A stretch of 27,077 bases of DNA from Rhizodiscina lignyota. Lineage: Eukaryota. Below are positions 12,239 through 23,900 of the stretch, one piece after another. Position 1 is the stretch's first letter; each line of letters starts with the position of its first letter. The position numbers and the translations under genes were made by a program. The notes under the pieces were generated by a model. The model made no database searches, was not told the DNA's origin, and saw nothing but the letters and a program-made list of their open reading frames with translations. The stretch covers positions 248,001 to 275,077 of the forward strand of contig ML978141.1 in assembly GCA_010015805.1 (NCBI GenBank), written 5' to 3'.

Positions 12239-12504
12239 ATAAGCGCTATAGTAAAGCGTAAAGTCTTACTAGTACGCGCGTATAGCGTTAATAAAGCGGA
12301 AATAAAGGCGTAAGTAGCTACTCTACGCCTTTTTCTAATACCTAGGTTCGTACTAGTTATAGTAAAACTAGCTTTTTTTTTAGTATAGGCGGGGGTCGCT
12401 AGTACGGGCTACCTCCCTTAAAACTAGCTTTTTAGATCTCTAGTAAAACTAGCATTACTTAAAAAAAACGCGTATTTATATCTATAATAACAAGTACGTA
12501 TATT

Positions 12505-15341
12505 ATAACTATTAGCGATAATAGCAACGATAATAGCACGCTTAGTCTATTGCCCTTCTTATAGTTTATAGAGCTATATAAGGTAGTTGTATGTATAGAG
12601 TATAGTAGCTACTATACCCTTATAACTCTTAACTAGTACCTATAAGACCTATACTACGTCTTAAAGAAGGATAGAAACTACTTTACCTAGTATCTTAGGG
12701 CTTAGGGCTTAGTAAGCTACAATATTAACACTATCTAGCTAGAAGACGGAGCGCTACTAGTACCTAGTCTACTAGTATATAAGGGCTATTAATACTTATA
12801 GTACTACTTTCGCTCTATTAATATTACTAATATATGTAAGTACTACTTTAAGGCGTATAAAGCGAAGCTAAGCCGCGGCTGTCGCTATTAGGATAATAAG
12901 CAGTTATAGTAATAGCTATATAAGCGCGTTATACTATAGACCTTATAGGTAAAACGGAATTATATCGTCTATTTTAAGGTTTCCGCCTATTATAGCCGTA
13001 TTAACAATAATAGTACTACTAATAATAGTATTAGCCTTAATAGCCCTAGTAATAGTAGTAGCAACTAGGATAGTATTATTATAAGATACTAACAAGCCTA
13101 GTAGAAATAGCTTAAGTAGTATAGTAAGGCGCTATAGAAGTAAGAGTATATATTAGAAGTAACGCTATAGCTAAAGGTAATAGGGTATTATAGCTATCTT
13201 TAAAGGCTACTAATTAACAAGCTACTAGCGTTATACAAGCTAGCTAGTATAGTAGTAAAGCTAGAGCTAGCTATAGTATATAATAGTATTAATAGGCTGC
13301 TAAGGTAAGGCCTTAACCTCTTTAAGGGTAGTAGCTAAGAGTAGTAGTAGCTAACTAAGCTTAATACTAGGCTACTAAATACCTTCTATACGGTAGAAAT
13401 CCTATAGGATCCTATTACGCTACTATAGAATAAGTAGTTAAGGTAGTACTATATAAGTATATAGTAAAAGCTTACCTACTACTTCTATAGGGTAATTAAA
13501 GACGGGTAGCTAGTAATAGTAAAGGTAGTAAGGGTAAAAAGAGTTATTAAGAGTAAAAAGAAGAGTAGAATTAAAAGTAAGACTAAAAGTAAAGATAAAA
13601 GTAAGAGTAAAAGTAAGAGTAAGAGTAAAAGTAAGAGAGGAGAGCTACTATTTACTACTATATAATAGTAGTAGTAGTATTTTAAAAGGGCTTAGGAAGG
13701 CGTATAGTAAGTACTATTATTTAATATAAAAGTAAAGGGTAAGGAGAAAGAGAAGGATAAGAGTAGGAAGGTAAAGGGAAAAAGGTAGTAGTAACAAGAG
13801 ATAAAAGAAGAGGAGTATATAAAGGTAGCGCTTAATAACGCCGTACTCGACTTTAGTATCTTACTAATATAGTAGTACCTTAAGTAGCACGTCTTTAACT
13901 TAGCTATAGTCTTATTTACAGCTATTATCACCTAGAATAGGGGCTAAAAGGCGTAGATAAGAGTTAGTAACTATATAAGCTACCTCTTATAGCTTATCTA
14001 TAATAGCTAGCTACTTATACTACTATACTATATATAGCTTATCGACCTAGGCGTTCTAGGCAGCTTTAGTAGTTAGATTATCGCCTTCTAAGACGAGTAG
14101 CTACTTAATAACACGCCTAGGCTAGTTAAGGAGCTAAGCTTAATATAGCTACTTAGGTTTAAGATTACGCGTAATACTATTAACTAGGCGTAGGTACGCT
14201 AGTACGCTAATAAAGAGATAATCGTCTATAAGGATATATAGCTTTAGATAGGATAGATTAAGGCGCTAATTAGGTATAAGCTAGTAGTAGTAAGCGTAGT
14301 ACTATATAAAGACCTCTACTTTAGGCTAGTAGAAGAGGAGGCTAAGGCTAAAGCTAGTATTATTCCTAAAATAGGCGAGCTAGTTAACAACTAGGATACT
14401 ACTTCTTTTAGGGTATTATTCCTTACTAATATAAGGAATAAGACGCTACTATAGACTATATAGTACCTTCTACTTAAGTAGCTAAGGGTCTAGCCTAAAA
14501 AGATAAGACTACTATTTTATATAACTATAGGCAATAGCCCTAAGCCCTAGCGGCTAGATAGCGCTACTATAACATAGTATAAGGATATAGTATAGCGCTT
14601 CCTTAAGTATATTCTTATCCTCTTTTATATTAGGTCTAGCTAGCTAGTAAGGCGGCTAGAGCTACTTAAGCTACGCTAGTATAATTAGTAGGCGGATAAG
14701 TACAACCTATTTATATACGATAGCTACCTAGTCTTTATACTAACCTACTATAAGTTACTTAATATAACTAATACCTTAAGGTTCTTAGCGCGCTTCCTAC
14801 TACTATAGGCTAGTAAGCTACTTCTACGCTTCCTTACGCTAGTATAGCTATTTAGGAGGTAGCTATTAGCTAAGACTAGAATACTACTAGTAGTAAGTAA
14901 GTATCTCTAGTATAGTAGGTAGTTATACTAGTCTAAAGAGAGGATAATAAAGGTACTCGCTATAGAGTTACTATAAGTAATTAGAGTAGGGCTAATAGTA
15001 TAGGCCTAAAGGTAGCTAGTAGTAGGCATTATAATTAAGAAGTTCGCTAGCTAGGGCTACTAGCTTAATATTAACTAGGTAAGTAACAAGTAGGCTAGTA
15101 CTAAGTATAAGAGCGCTAGAAGTGTAAGTAAAGCTAGTATATTTAAGGCGCTCTACTAGTAGGCCTTATATACGCTATAAACAGGTAATAGTACTTATAG
15201 TAGTATAGTTAACTTCTAGACAGGCCTAACTAATACTAGCCTATAAGAGTACCTTAAGGCAAGCTAGATATAGTATACTCTAGTACTTAGTAGAGGCGTA
15301 GGGGCGGTAGGAGGAGCTATAGACGTTACTACTATAGGTAT

Positions 15342-15391
<50 letters not shown>

Positions 15392-16726
15392 TAGGCTAAA
15401 AGCAGGCTAAGTAGTACTCTATAAACGACTAGCTACCTTTTACAAAGCGAATCGCACTATATAGAGGGTAAGAGCTAAGGCGGAATGCTACTAGTAGCTA
15501 TAAAAGGGTCTAAAGCGAATAGAAGGCGCTTTAAGTACTACAATAGATATATAGGCCTTATACTAGCTACTAGTTAAAGGTATAGGCGGTAGTAATACGC
15601 GTAGTCGTTAATAATAGGCTAGAGGTCGTTACGGTCCTTAGGATAAGAGAGGGGAAGAGCCTACTATTTATACTACTAGTATACCTACCTAAGGCTAGTA
15701 TAATAGTACTAGTAGTACCTCTTATCGCGCTAAAGTATAACGTTATATAGTAGTATAAGCTAATAGGGGTCGAGTATAACGTGTAGGCTAGGGCTTAAAG
15801 AGAGTCTCTTAAGCCTAGCTACCTACTAGTTATAGTATTCTTAGACTAGGCTATACTTAAGCCCTTTCTTACGTACGTATACTATATTAACGCTAAGAGT
15901 AGCCTTAGTTAGGTAGTACTAAATAAGGCCTACTTAGTTTATATAGTAGCTAACTATAAGAAGAAGATAAGGCTAGTAAAGTAGCTATAAGCGTTATAGT
16001 ACTAGCTTATATGTCTATTAGCTATACTACTACTAGTAATAGAAGGTAACCTAGCTAAGGCGCTACTACTATAGTAGCTAATAGTTATAAGGTTAGTAAT
16101 AGTAAGAAAGGACTTAGAGTACTATATTATTAAGCTAGACAGCTTATAAGGGTTAGTAGTAGCTAGTAAAGGTAGTCTAATAGTAAGTATAGTAGTATAG
16201 ATTAAGGTAGTACTAGGGTAAAACTAGTTTAATAAGGGCGGGCGTAGGCTAGTATAAGCGATTATATACTATAGGACCTAAGGTAAGGCTAATAGGGTAG
16301 TAGAAGCGATTAGCTATCTAGTATACTACTTAGACTCTAGTATAGAAGAAGAGAAGGCGGCTATCCTTAAAGACTAGTTAAAGGGCTATTAGTTAGTAGT
16401 ACTAGTAGTAATAAGCACTTTTAAGGCTAGTATTAACTATAGCTACGTACAAGTAGTCTTCTATATTAGCAAGCTGTATAGTATAGTAGAGTTTACGTAG
16501 GAGGTTAGTAGGGTAGGTAGGAATAGTAGTAGTAGAGTTTATACTATCTTTCTTATAGTAGGATAGTAGTAGTAGGTATAGTAGGCGTAGTAGGTATAGT
16601 AAGAGGGTAGTAGTAGTAGTAGTAGTAGTAGATATTTAGTAGAGGAGCTAGTACTAAAAGGCGTAAAGGCGATAGCTTACTATCTAAACTAGCTATAGTA
16701 CTAGCTAGTAGTACTAAGTAAGTTCC
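12505..16726 (+). pseudogene. RIP-inactivated ORF of element A: DUF3505-like zinc domain, tyrosine-recombinase-like region, RecQ helicase (truncated in the RQC zinc domain)
   Basis: One frame after manual de-RIP: YKVVVCxEC..HL..LH (~12575-12660), GSGQPARRPELL (14632-14667), TYHK (14743), GEGKSLLFMLP (~15646-15678), VLDEAH (15916-15933), ATSAFGAGIDY (~16408-16440), QEVGRAGRDG (16498-16527). Confidence 0.85.
15343..15387 (+). repeat. (ACT)15 trinucleotide tract inside the element A ORF
   Basis: Read directly. It is in frame and is probably a RIP-homogenised poly-Ala/Thr linker between the recombinase-like and helicase regions. Confidence 0.85.
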
Positions 16727-19700
16727 TAACTCGTACTATACGACTAGTTCAAGTCGAACTAATTTGAACCTGCTAACAAATTTAGCGCCGGTAGGATAAG
16801 GAGGGGTTCGGACCGATTTAGGGTTTAGAGTCGAACCCGATTTGCGAGAAAGCAGCAAAGTAGCGCCTAGGGGCGGGTTTTAAGCGTATAGAAATATAGT
16901 CCTAGCCGCGCCTGACCTAGCTATACAGTTAGAACTATTAGGGTTATAGTACGTTGTTACGTTGTAGCCATAGTCTGCCCGCGGTATGCAGGAGTTTTTG
17001 TATTCGCGGTCACGTGATCTGAGTAGGATTAGTAGTTTAGCGTAGTACGTAGTAAGTAAAATAAGTCGCGGTCGGACGTAGTAGGCAGGTAGGATAGTAG
17101 GTAGTATATTGTAGTTAAAGGCGGGTAAGCTATAGTTAAATATAGTAGGTTAATAGGGTAGTACGCGCCTGTTTCCGTAGTACGAAAGTAGTTTTGTAGT
17201 CGTATGTTTTAAGTAGGGCGGGCGGGCGGGCGTGCGCGCGTAGCGCGGCTAGGGGCTAAAGCGTCGAAGCTACGAAATAAGAAAAGAGGGAGAAGATTAG
17301 GGATTTAAGTAGATAATAAAACGTATTATTAAGTTTAGAAGACTATTTAATAGTTGCCCTAGTTATTAGTTAAGGAAGAACCTATAGTAGAACTAAGGAG
17401 GGAGGGAGATTAAAAGATTAGGGGAGAGATAGTAGGTTTTAGCGATTATTTTAAGCATTTACTATAGTATAAGGCGATTATTTGCAGGAGGTATAGGTAC
17501 ACTATTATTAGGAGTAGTATAGGTTTATATTTAAGCTAGAAGCATAAGAGCAAGTTAATAGTAGACGCGTATAGGGCGATTATAGTGGAGGTAAGTAGTA
17601 TCGTAGTAGAAGACATCGTAGTTACACGCGAGGAGGTCTAGTATCTAGAGCCTATATTAGTACTATTAGCCGGTTTATAGTTATAGGACGATAGTTATTA
17701 GTATAACGAGTGCGAATATATACACTACACACGGAAGGATATATAGAAGTATTATAGGTAAGAGTATAGGTAGGCGAATAGGCGTAGCTATAGTAGGGCG
17801 ACGAGGTTAGCTATTATAGAGGCGTAAGAGTACGAGATATAGACGGTAGGTATATATTACTAGCAGTTTTTTAGGATGAGAGGGTAGTAGTAGTTATTTA
17901 AGGTAACGGCGAGGCTAGGGGGTAAGGGTAAGGGAGATAAAGGAGAAAGTATAGTTAATAGGGATAAGTAGACATAGTACGTTATGAGGCGGTAGATAGA
18001 GAGGGTTTTTATATTAGTAGATAAGTAGTTAAAGCGAGAGGCTAAGGAGAAGAGGGCGATAGTCTAGGCTAATACGAATAGATACGTACTATAGACGTAG
18101 TTAAGGAGGGTAGGATAGGTAAGGTATTTAGAGGGGTTTAACTATAGGTAGTTAGTTAAGATAGCGGAGATGCTAGTAGATAGAGATAGGAGCGATAGTA
18201 ATAGTAATAGTAGTAGTAGCGATAATAGTAGTAATAATAGTAGTAGCGAAAGTAGTAATAGCGAAAGTAATAGCGAAAGTAATAGCGAAAGTAGTAGTAT
18301 AATAGATGCGAGAAGAGAGTAGGAGTTAGTTAGGGTGTATAATATAGTATAGATAGTTATTTAGGAGGCGTAAAAGGTAGTATAGCTAGAAGTTGTAGGT
18401 TTTACAGCTGTATATTATGTAAATAGGAGAGAGACGGGCAAGATATCGAATAAGAAGCTGTTAAACGTGAGGTAGTAGGGTAAGACGATTAAAAGGTACG
18501 CTAAGGTTTAGTATAAGGTAGTTTATTATATTTAGAGGATATAGGGTTTACTAGAGGCGATAAAAGGGGGGAGGGGGGGGAGGAGTAGTAGGAGTAGTAG
18601 TAGTAGCGACAGTAATAGCGGGTTAGGGGACGCGTTAATAGGGCTAGTAGAAGAGGATTTAGAGGAAGATTTAGAAAGGGATTTAGGGTTAGATAAGGAG
18701 ATGCGTATAGAGATCGAAAGGGCTAGGCGAGAAGGAAAAAGGCGAGGAGGGAGGGACAGGAGAGAAAAAGTAGAAAATAGTATTAGGTAGAAAAGACTAC
18801 CGTATAGATTGACTAGTAGACAGGTTAGAGTATTAATATAGGTTAGACAGGCTATTAAGCGTAAAGAGGAGCAGGGTAAGAAGGTATAGGGGCGGGGGCA
18901 AGAGTAGGAGTAAGAGTAAGAGTAAAGAGAGGAAGAGAAGGAAGGAGATAAAGAAGATAGTAAGGTAGAAGTAGCGATATTAGAGTTTTTAATCGTATTA
19001 TTAGACTATAATATATAAGACGACGTATATATAAATAGTATTATTAGCGGATTGGCGGTTTTAGGGTTGGATGAGGATTGCGCGTGGAAAGGGCCGTCCA
19101 GGGCGACGCGAGCATTGTCAGCGGTCGTCACAGTCGCCAGGATGTTGGTTTTATACCGCGCGAAGTTAATAAGGGAAGTAGTAATTAAAGAGATAAGGGA
19201 AGAGCAAGGTTTTAGCCGGGTAGAGGCATTAAAAAAGGCGCCGACCCATTTCTAGTTAGCGTAGGAGATAGTACACAGGTTTATAATATTAACTGTATTT
19301 AGCGGTAAGCTAACGCCGATAAATTAGGTTTTAATGTTAAGGACGTACGGGTTAAAGGTATATTATAGTATAGTAGCAGATGGAGTAGTAGATTAGGTCG
19401 GCGACAGGTTATTATATAGCTATATTAGTTTTAGTATACTAGATTTACGGGCGATAATCTATAGGTTAGTATACGCGTTATAGTTAAGGTTTAAGAGGAG
19501 GTTGTTATTATTACATGTCAACGACGAGGGCCGGCCTAATAGCGCGGATACGACGATACGGTTACTACTAGTAAAGATAGACTAGATAGTAGATAATATA
19601 GCGGAGATAAGGGTCGGGTAGAGTTTCGTAGACGATAGGCGGAATAGAGAGGCGTTTAGCGGCGTCGACGGTAGTAAGTAGATAGTAGACAGAGTTATAA

Positions 19701-20214
19701 GGGAGTAGTAGTTACGCGAGGAGTTTGTCGATACTAAGGCTACATACGATATAATCTATAGAAGCTAGTAGTAGTAGCGGCGGTAGTAGTAGTAGAATAG
19801 TAGCGATCCGGTTATATAGAAGAAAGACAGGATCTAGTAGTATAAGAAGGATTTAGACGTGTATAGGCAGGATTTATTAGTATTAATATATATAACGAGA
19901 GGATAGCCGGCTAGGGGCATAGAGATCGTCATAGTACGGTATAAGAATAGCGCGGACAGCGCGGGTAGAGGCATTTTCGTAGAGGATAGGATAGTAGTAT
20001 ATATAGTATAGTACTATAAGGGCGTAGGGTTTAGCGGTAGAAAGAAGGTAATCTACTAGTATTTGCTACATAAGGTCGGGTCGTTGTTATTATACGATTT
20101 ATAGTTGGTAAGGCCGTTTTAAGATAGGTTAGAGAGTGTTTCTACCGTTGTATTAATAGTAGTAGCGGTAGCGGCAGCGGCAGAGGTCGAAGGAGATAGT
20201 AGTAGCAATATCGC
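16727..20214 (+). mobile_element. Element B copy 1 (5' 3.49 kb), interrupted by copy 2
   Basis: Colinear direct repeat of 20215-23710. Both begin taactcgtactatacgactagttc. They differ by transitions and small indels (about 4 bp near 16976; about 12 bp near 21770 in copy 2). Confidence 0.9.
17429..20214 (+). pseudogene. 5' half of the element B ORF (DUF3505-like domain and start of the recombinase-like region), RIP-inactivated
   Basis: Matches 20913-23710. Residual open stretch 19052-19255 (AVLGLDEDCAWKGPSRATRALSAVVTVARMLVL). TGGQPARG relic at ~19894-19917. Confidence 0.85.
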
Positions 20215-20912
20215 TAACTCGTACTATACGACTAGTTCGAGTCGAACCGATTTAAACCTGCTAACAAATTTAGCGCTAGTAGGATAAGGAGGGGGTCGGA
20301 CCGATTTAGGGTTTAGAGTCGAACCCGATTTGCGAGAAAGTAGCAAAGTAGCGCCTAGAGGCGGGTTTTAAGCGTGTAGAAATATAGTCCTAGCCGCGCC
20401 TAACCTAGCTATATAGTTAGAACTATTAGGGTCACAGTACGTTATTGCGTTATAGCCGTAGTCCGCGGTATATAGGAGTTTTCGTGTTCGCGGTCACGTG
20501 ATCCGAGTAGGATTAGCAGTTTAGCGTAGTATATAGTGAGTAAAACAAGTCGCGGTCGGATGTAGCAGGTAGGTAGGATAGTAAGTAGTATATTATAGTT
20601 AAAGGTAGGTAAGCTATAGTTAAATATAGTAGGTTAATAGGGTAGTACGCGCCTATTTCCGTAGTACGAAAGTAGTTTTGCAGTCGTGTGTTTTGAGTAG
20701 GGCGGGCGGGCGGGCGTGCGCGCGTAGTACGGCTAGGGGCTAAAGCGTCGAAGCTATAAAATAAGAAAAGGGGGAGAAGATTAGGGATTTAAGTAGATAA
20801 TAAGACGTATTATTAAGTTTAGAAGGCTATTTAATAGTTGCCCTAGTCGTTAGTTAAAAAAGAACCTATAGTAGAACTAAGGAGGGAGGGAGATTAAAAG
20901 ATTAGGGGAGAG

Positions 20913-23900
20913 ATAGTAGGTTTTAGCGATTATTTCGAGTATTTACTATAGTACAAGGTAATTATTTATAGGAAGTATAGGTACGCTGTTATTAGGAGTA
21001 GTATAGGTTTATATTTAAGCTAGAAGCATAAGAGTAAGTTAATAGTAGACGCGCGTAGGGCGATTGTAGCGGAGGCGAGTAGTATTATAGTAGAAGATAT
21101 CGTAGTTACGCGCGAGGAGGTCTAGTATCTAGAGCCTACGTTAGCGCTATTAGCTAGTTTATAGTTATAGGACGATAGTTATTAGTATAATAAGTGCGGA
21201 CATATACACCGTACACGGGAGGATATATAGAAGCATTATAGGTAAGAGTATAAGTAGGTGAACAGGCGCGGCCGCGGTAGGGCGACGAGGTTAGCTATTA
21301 TAGAGGCGTAAGAGCATGAGATGTAGACAGTAGGTATACATTACTAGTAGTTTTTTAGGATAGGAGGGTAGTAGTAGTTATTTAAGGTAATAGTAAGGCT
21401 AGGGGGTAAGGGTAAGGGAGATAAAGGAGAAAGTATAGTTAATAGGGATAAGTAGATATAGCGTATTACGAGGTAGTAGATAGAGAGGGTTTTTATGTCG
21501 GTAGATAAGCGGTTAAAGCGAGAGGCTAAGGAGGAGAGGGCGATAGTCTAGGCTAACACGAATAGATACGTGCTATAGACGTAGTTAAGGAGGGTAGGAT
21601 AGGCGAGGCATTTAGAGGGGTTTAACCGTAGGTAGTTAGTTAAGATAGCGGAGATGCTAGTAGATAGAGATAGGAGCGATAGCGATAGTAATAGTAGTAG
21701 TAGCGATAATAGTAGCGACGATAGTAGTAGCGAAAGTAGTAATAGCGAAAGTAATAGCGAAAGTAATAGTAAAAGCAATAGCGAAAGTAGTAGTATAATA
21801 AATACGAGAAGAGAGTAGGAGTTAGTTAGGGTGTATAATATAGTATAGATAGTTATTTAAGAGGTGTAAAAGGCAGTATAGCTAGAAGTTATAGGTTTTA
21901 TAGCTGTATATTATATAAATAGGAGAGAGACAGGCGAGATATCGAATAAAAAGCCGTTAAATGTAAGGTAGTAGGGTAAGATAATTAAGAGGTACGCTAA
22001 GGTTTAGTATAAAGTAGTTTGTTATATTTAGAGGACGTAGGGTTTACTAGAGGCGATAAAAGGGGGGAGGGGGAGGAGGAGTAGTAGGAGTAGTAGTAGT
22101 AGCGACGGTAATAGTAGGTTAGAGGACGCGTTAATAGGGCTAGTAGAAGAGGATTTAGAAGAAGATTTAGAAAGGGATTCGGGGTTAGATAAGGAGATGC
22201 GTATAGAGATCGAAAGGGCTAGGTAAGAGGGAAGAAGGTGAGGAGGGAGGGATAGGAGAAAAGAGGTAGAAAATAGTATTAAGTAGAAAAGACTACTATA
22301 TAGATTGACTAGTAGACAGGTTAGAGTATTAATACAGGTTAAACAGGCTATTAAGCATGAAGAGGAGTAGGGTAAGAAGGTATAGGGGCGGGGGTAAGAG
22401 TAGGAGTAAGAGTAGAAGTAAGGAGAGGAAGAGAGAGGAGGAGATAAAGAAGATAGTAAGGTAGAAGCGGCGATATTAGAGTTTTTAATCGTATTATTAG
22501 ACTACGACGTGTAGGATAACGTATATACAAACGGTATCGTTAGCGGATTGGCGGTTTTAGGGTTAGATAAGGATTATACGTAGAAAGGGCCGTCTAGGGC
22601 GACGCAAGCATTGTTAGCAGTCGTTATAGTTACTAGGATGTTAGTTTTATACTATGCGAAGTTAATAAGGGAAGTAGCAATTAAAGAGATAAGGGAAGAG
22701 CAAGGTTTTAGCTAGGTAGAGGCATTAAAGAAGGCGCCGACCCATTTCTAGTTAGCGTAGGAGATAGTACACAGGTTTATAACGTTAACTATATTTAGCA
22801 GTAAGCTAACGCTAATAAATTAGGTTTTAATGTTAAGGACGTACGGGTTAAAGGTGCATTATGGCACGGCGGCAGACGGAGTGGTGGATTGGGTCGGCGA
22901 CAGGTTGTTGTACGGCCACATCAGTTTCAGCATGCCGGATTTGCGGGCGATGATCCACGGGTTGGTGCACGCGTCGTGGTTGAGGTTCAAGAGGAGGTTG
23001 TTGTTGTTGCATGTCGACGACGAGGGCCGGCCCAACAGCGCGGATACGACGACGCGGTTGCCGCTAGTAAAGATAGACTAGATAGTAGATAATATAGTAG
23101 AGATAAGGGTTAGGTAAAGTTTCGTAGACGACAAGCGGAATAGAGAGGCGTTTAGTAGCGTTAATAGTAGTAAGTAGATAGTAGACAGAGTTATAGGGGA
23201 GCGGCAGTTACGCGAGGAGTTTATTAATACTAAGGCTACGTACGATATAATCCGCAGAAGCTAGTAGTAGTAGCGGCGGCGGCGGTAGCAGAATAGTAGC
23301 AATCTAGTTATATAGAAGAAAGATAGGATCTAGTAGTATAAGAAGGATTTAGACGCGTATAGGCAGGATTTATTGGTATTAATACATATAATAGGAGGAC
23401 AGCTAGCTAGGGGCATAGAGATCGTCATAGTACAGTATAAGAACAGCGCGGATAGCGCGGGCAGAGGCATTTTCGTAGAGGATAGGATAGTAGTATATAT
23501 AGTATAGTACTATAAGGGCGTAGGGTTTAGCGGTAGGAAGAAGGTAATCTACTAGTATTTGCTACACGAGGTCGGGTCGTTATTATTATACGATTTATAG
23601 TTAGTAAGGCCGTTTTAGGACAGGTTAGAGAGTATTTCCACCGTCGTATCAATAGTAGCGGCGGTAGCGGCGGCGGTAGAGGTTAAAGAAGATAGTAGCG
23701 GTAATATCGCCGGTAACAACAGTAGAAATATCGCTAGTAGTAGTAGAAGCAGCTGCAGCCTGTTTTTATAGGAGCTAAAGCTAGAACAGGCGTAGTAGGG
23801 CCTAAAGATAAGAGGGAGAAGACGGCGAGAAGGAGGAGGAGGAGGAGGAGAAAGGGATAATAGAGAGGATAGATAGTAGCCGCTATCGATAAAGACGGTG

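Larger units (their letters stand above)
11590..16726 (+). mobile_element. Element A: RIP-degraded RecQ-helicase (TLH-like) element, 3' part displaced by the insertion of element B
   Basis: About 0.9 kb of non-coding leader with tandem repeats, then one long relic ORF that ends abruptly at the element B left end. The left boundary is approximate. Confidence 0.7.

Noticed and set aside
12695..12711. Telomere-like ttagggcttagggcttag and scattered TTAGGG/TTTAGGG in the repeat block
   Set aside because: Not a tandem TTAGGG array and readily produced by RIP from CAGGG/TGGGG. No telomere is visible, so a subtelomeric location is unproven.
16727..23710. The 3.49-kb direct repeat read as LTRs or as an assembly duplication
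   Set aside because: The repeats are adjacent, contain coding sequence, and I saw no gag/RT motifs. The copies differ by many independent transitions and indels.
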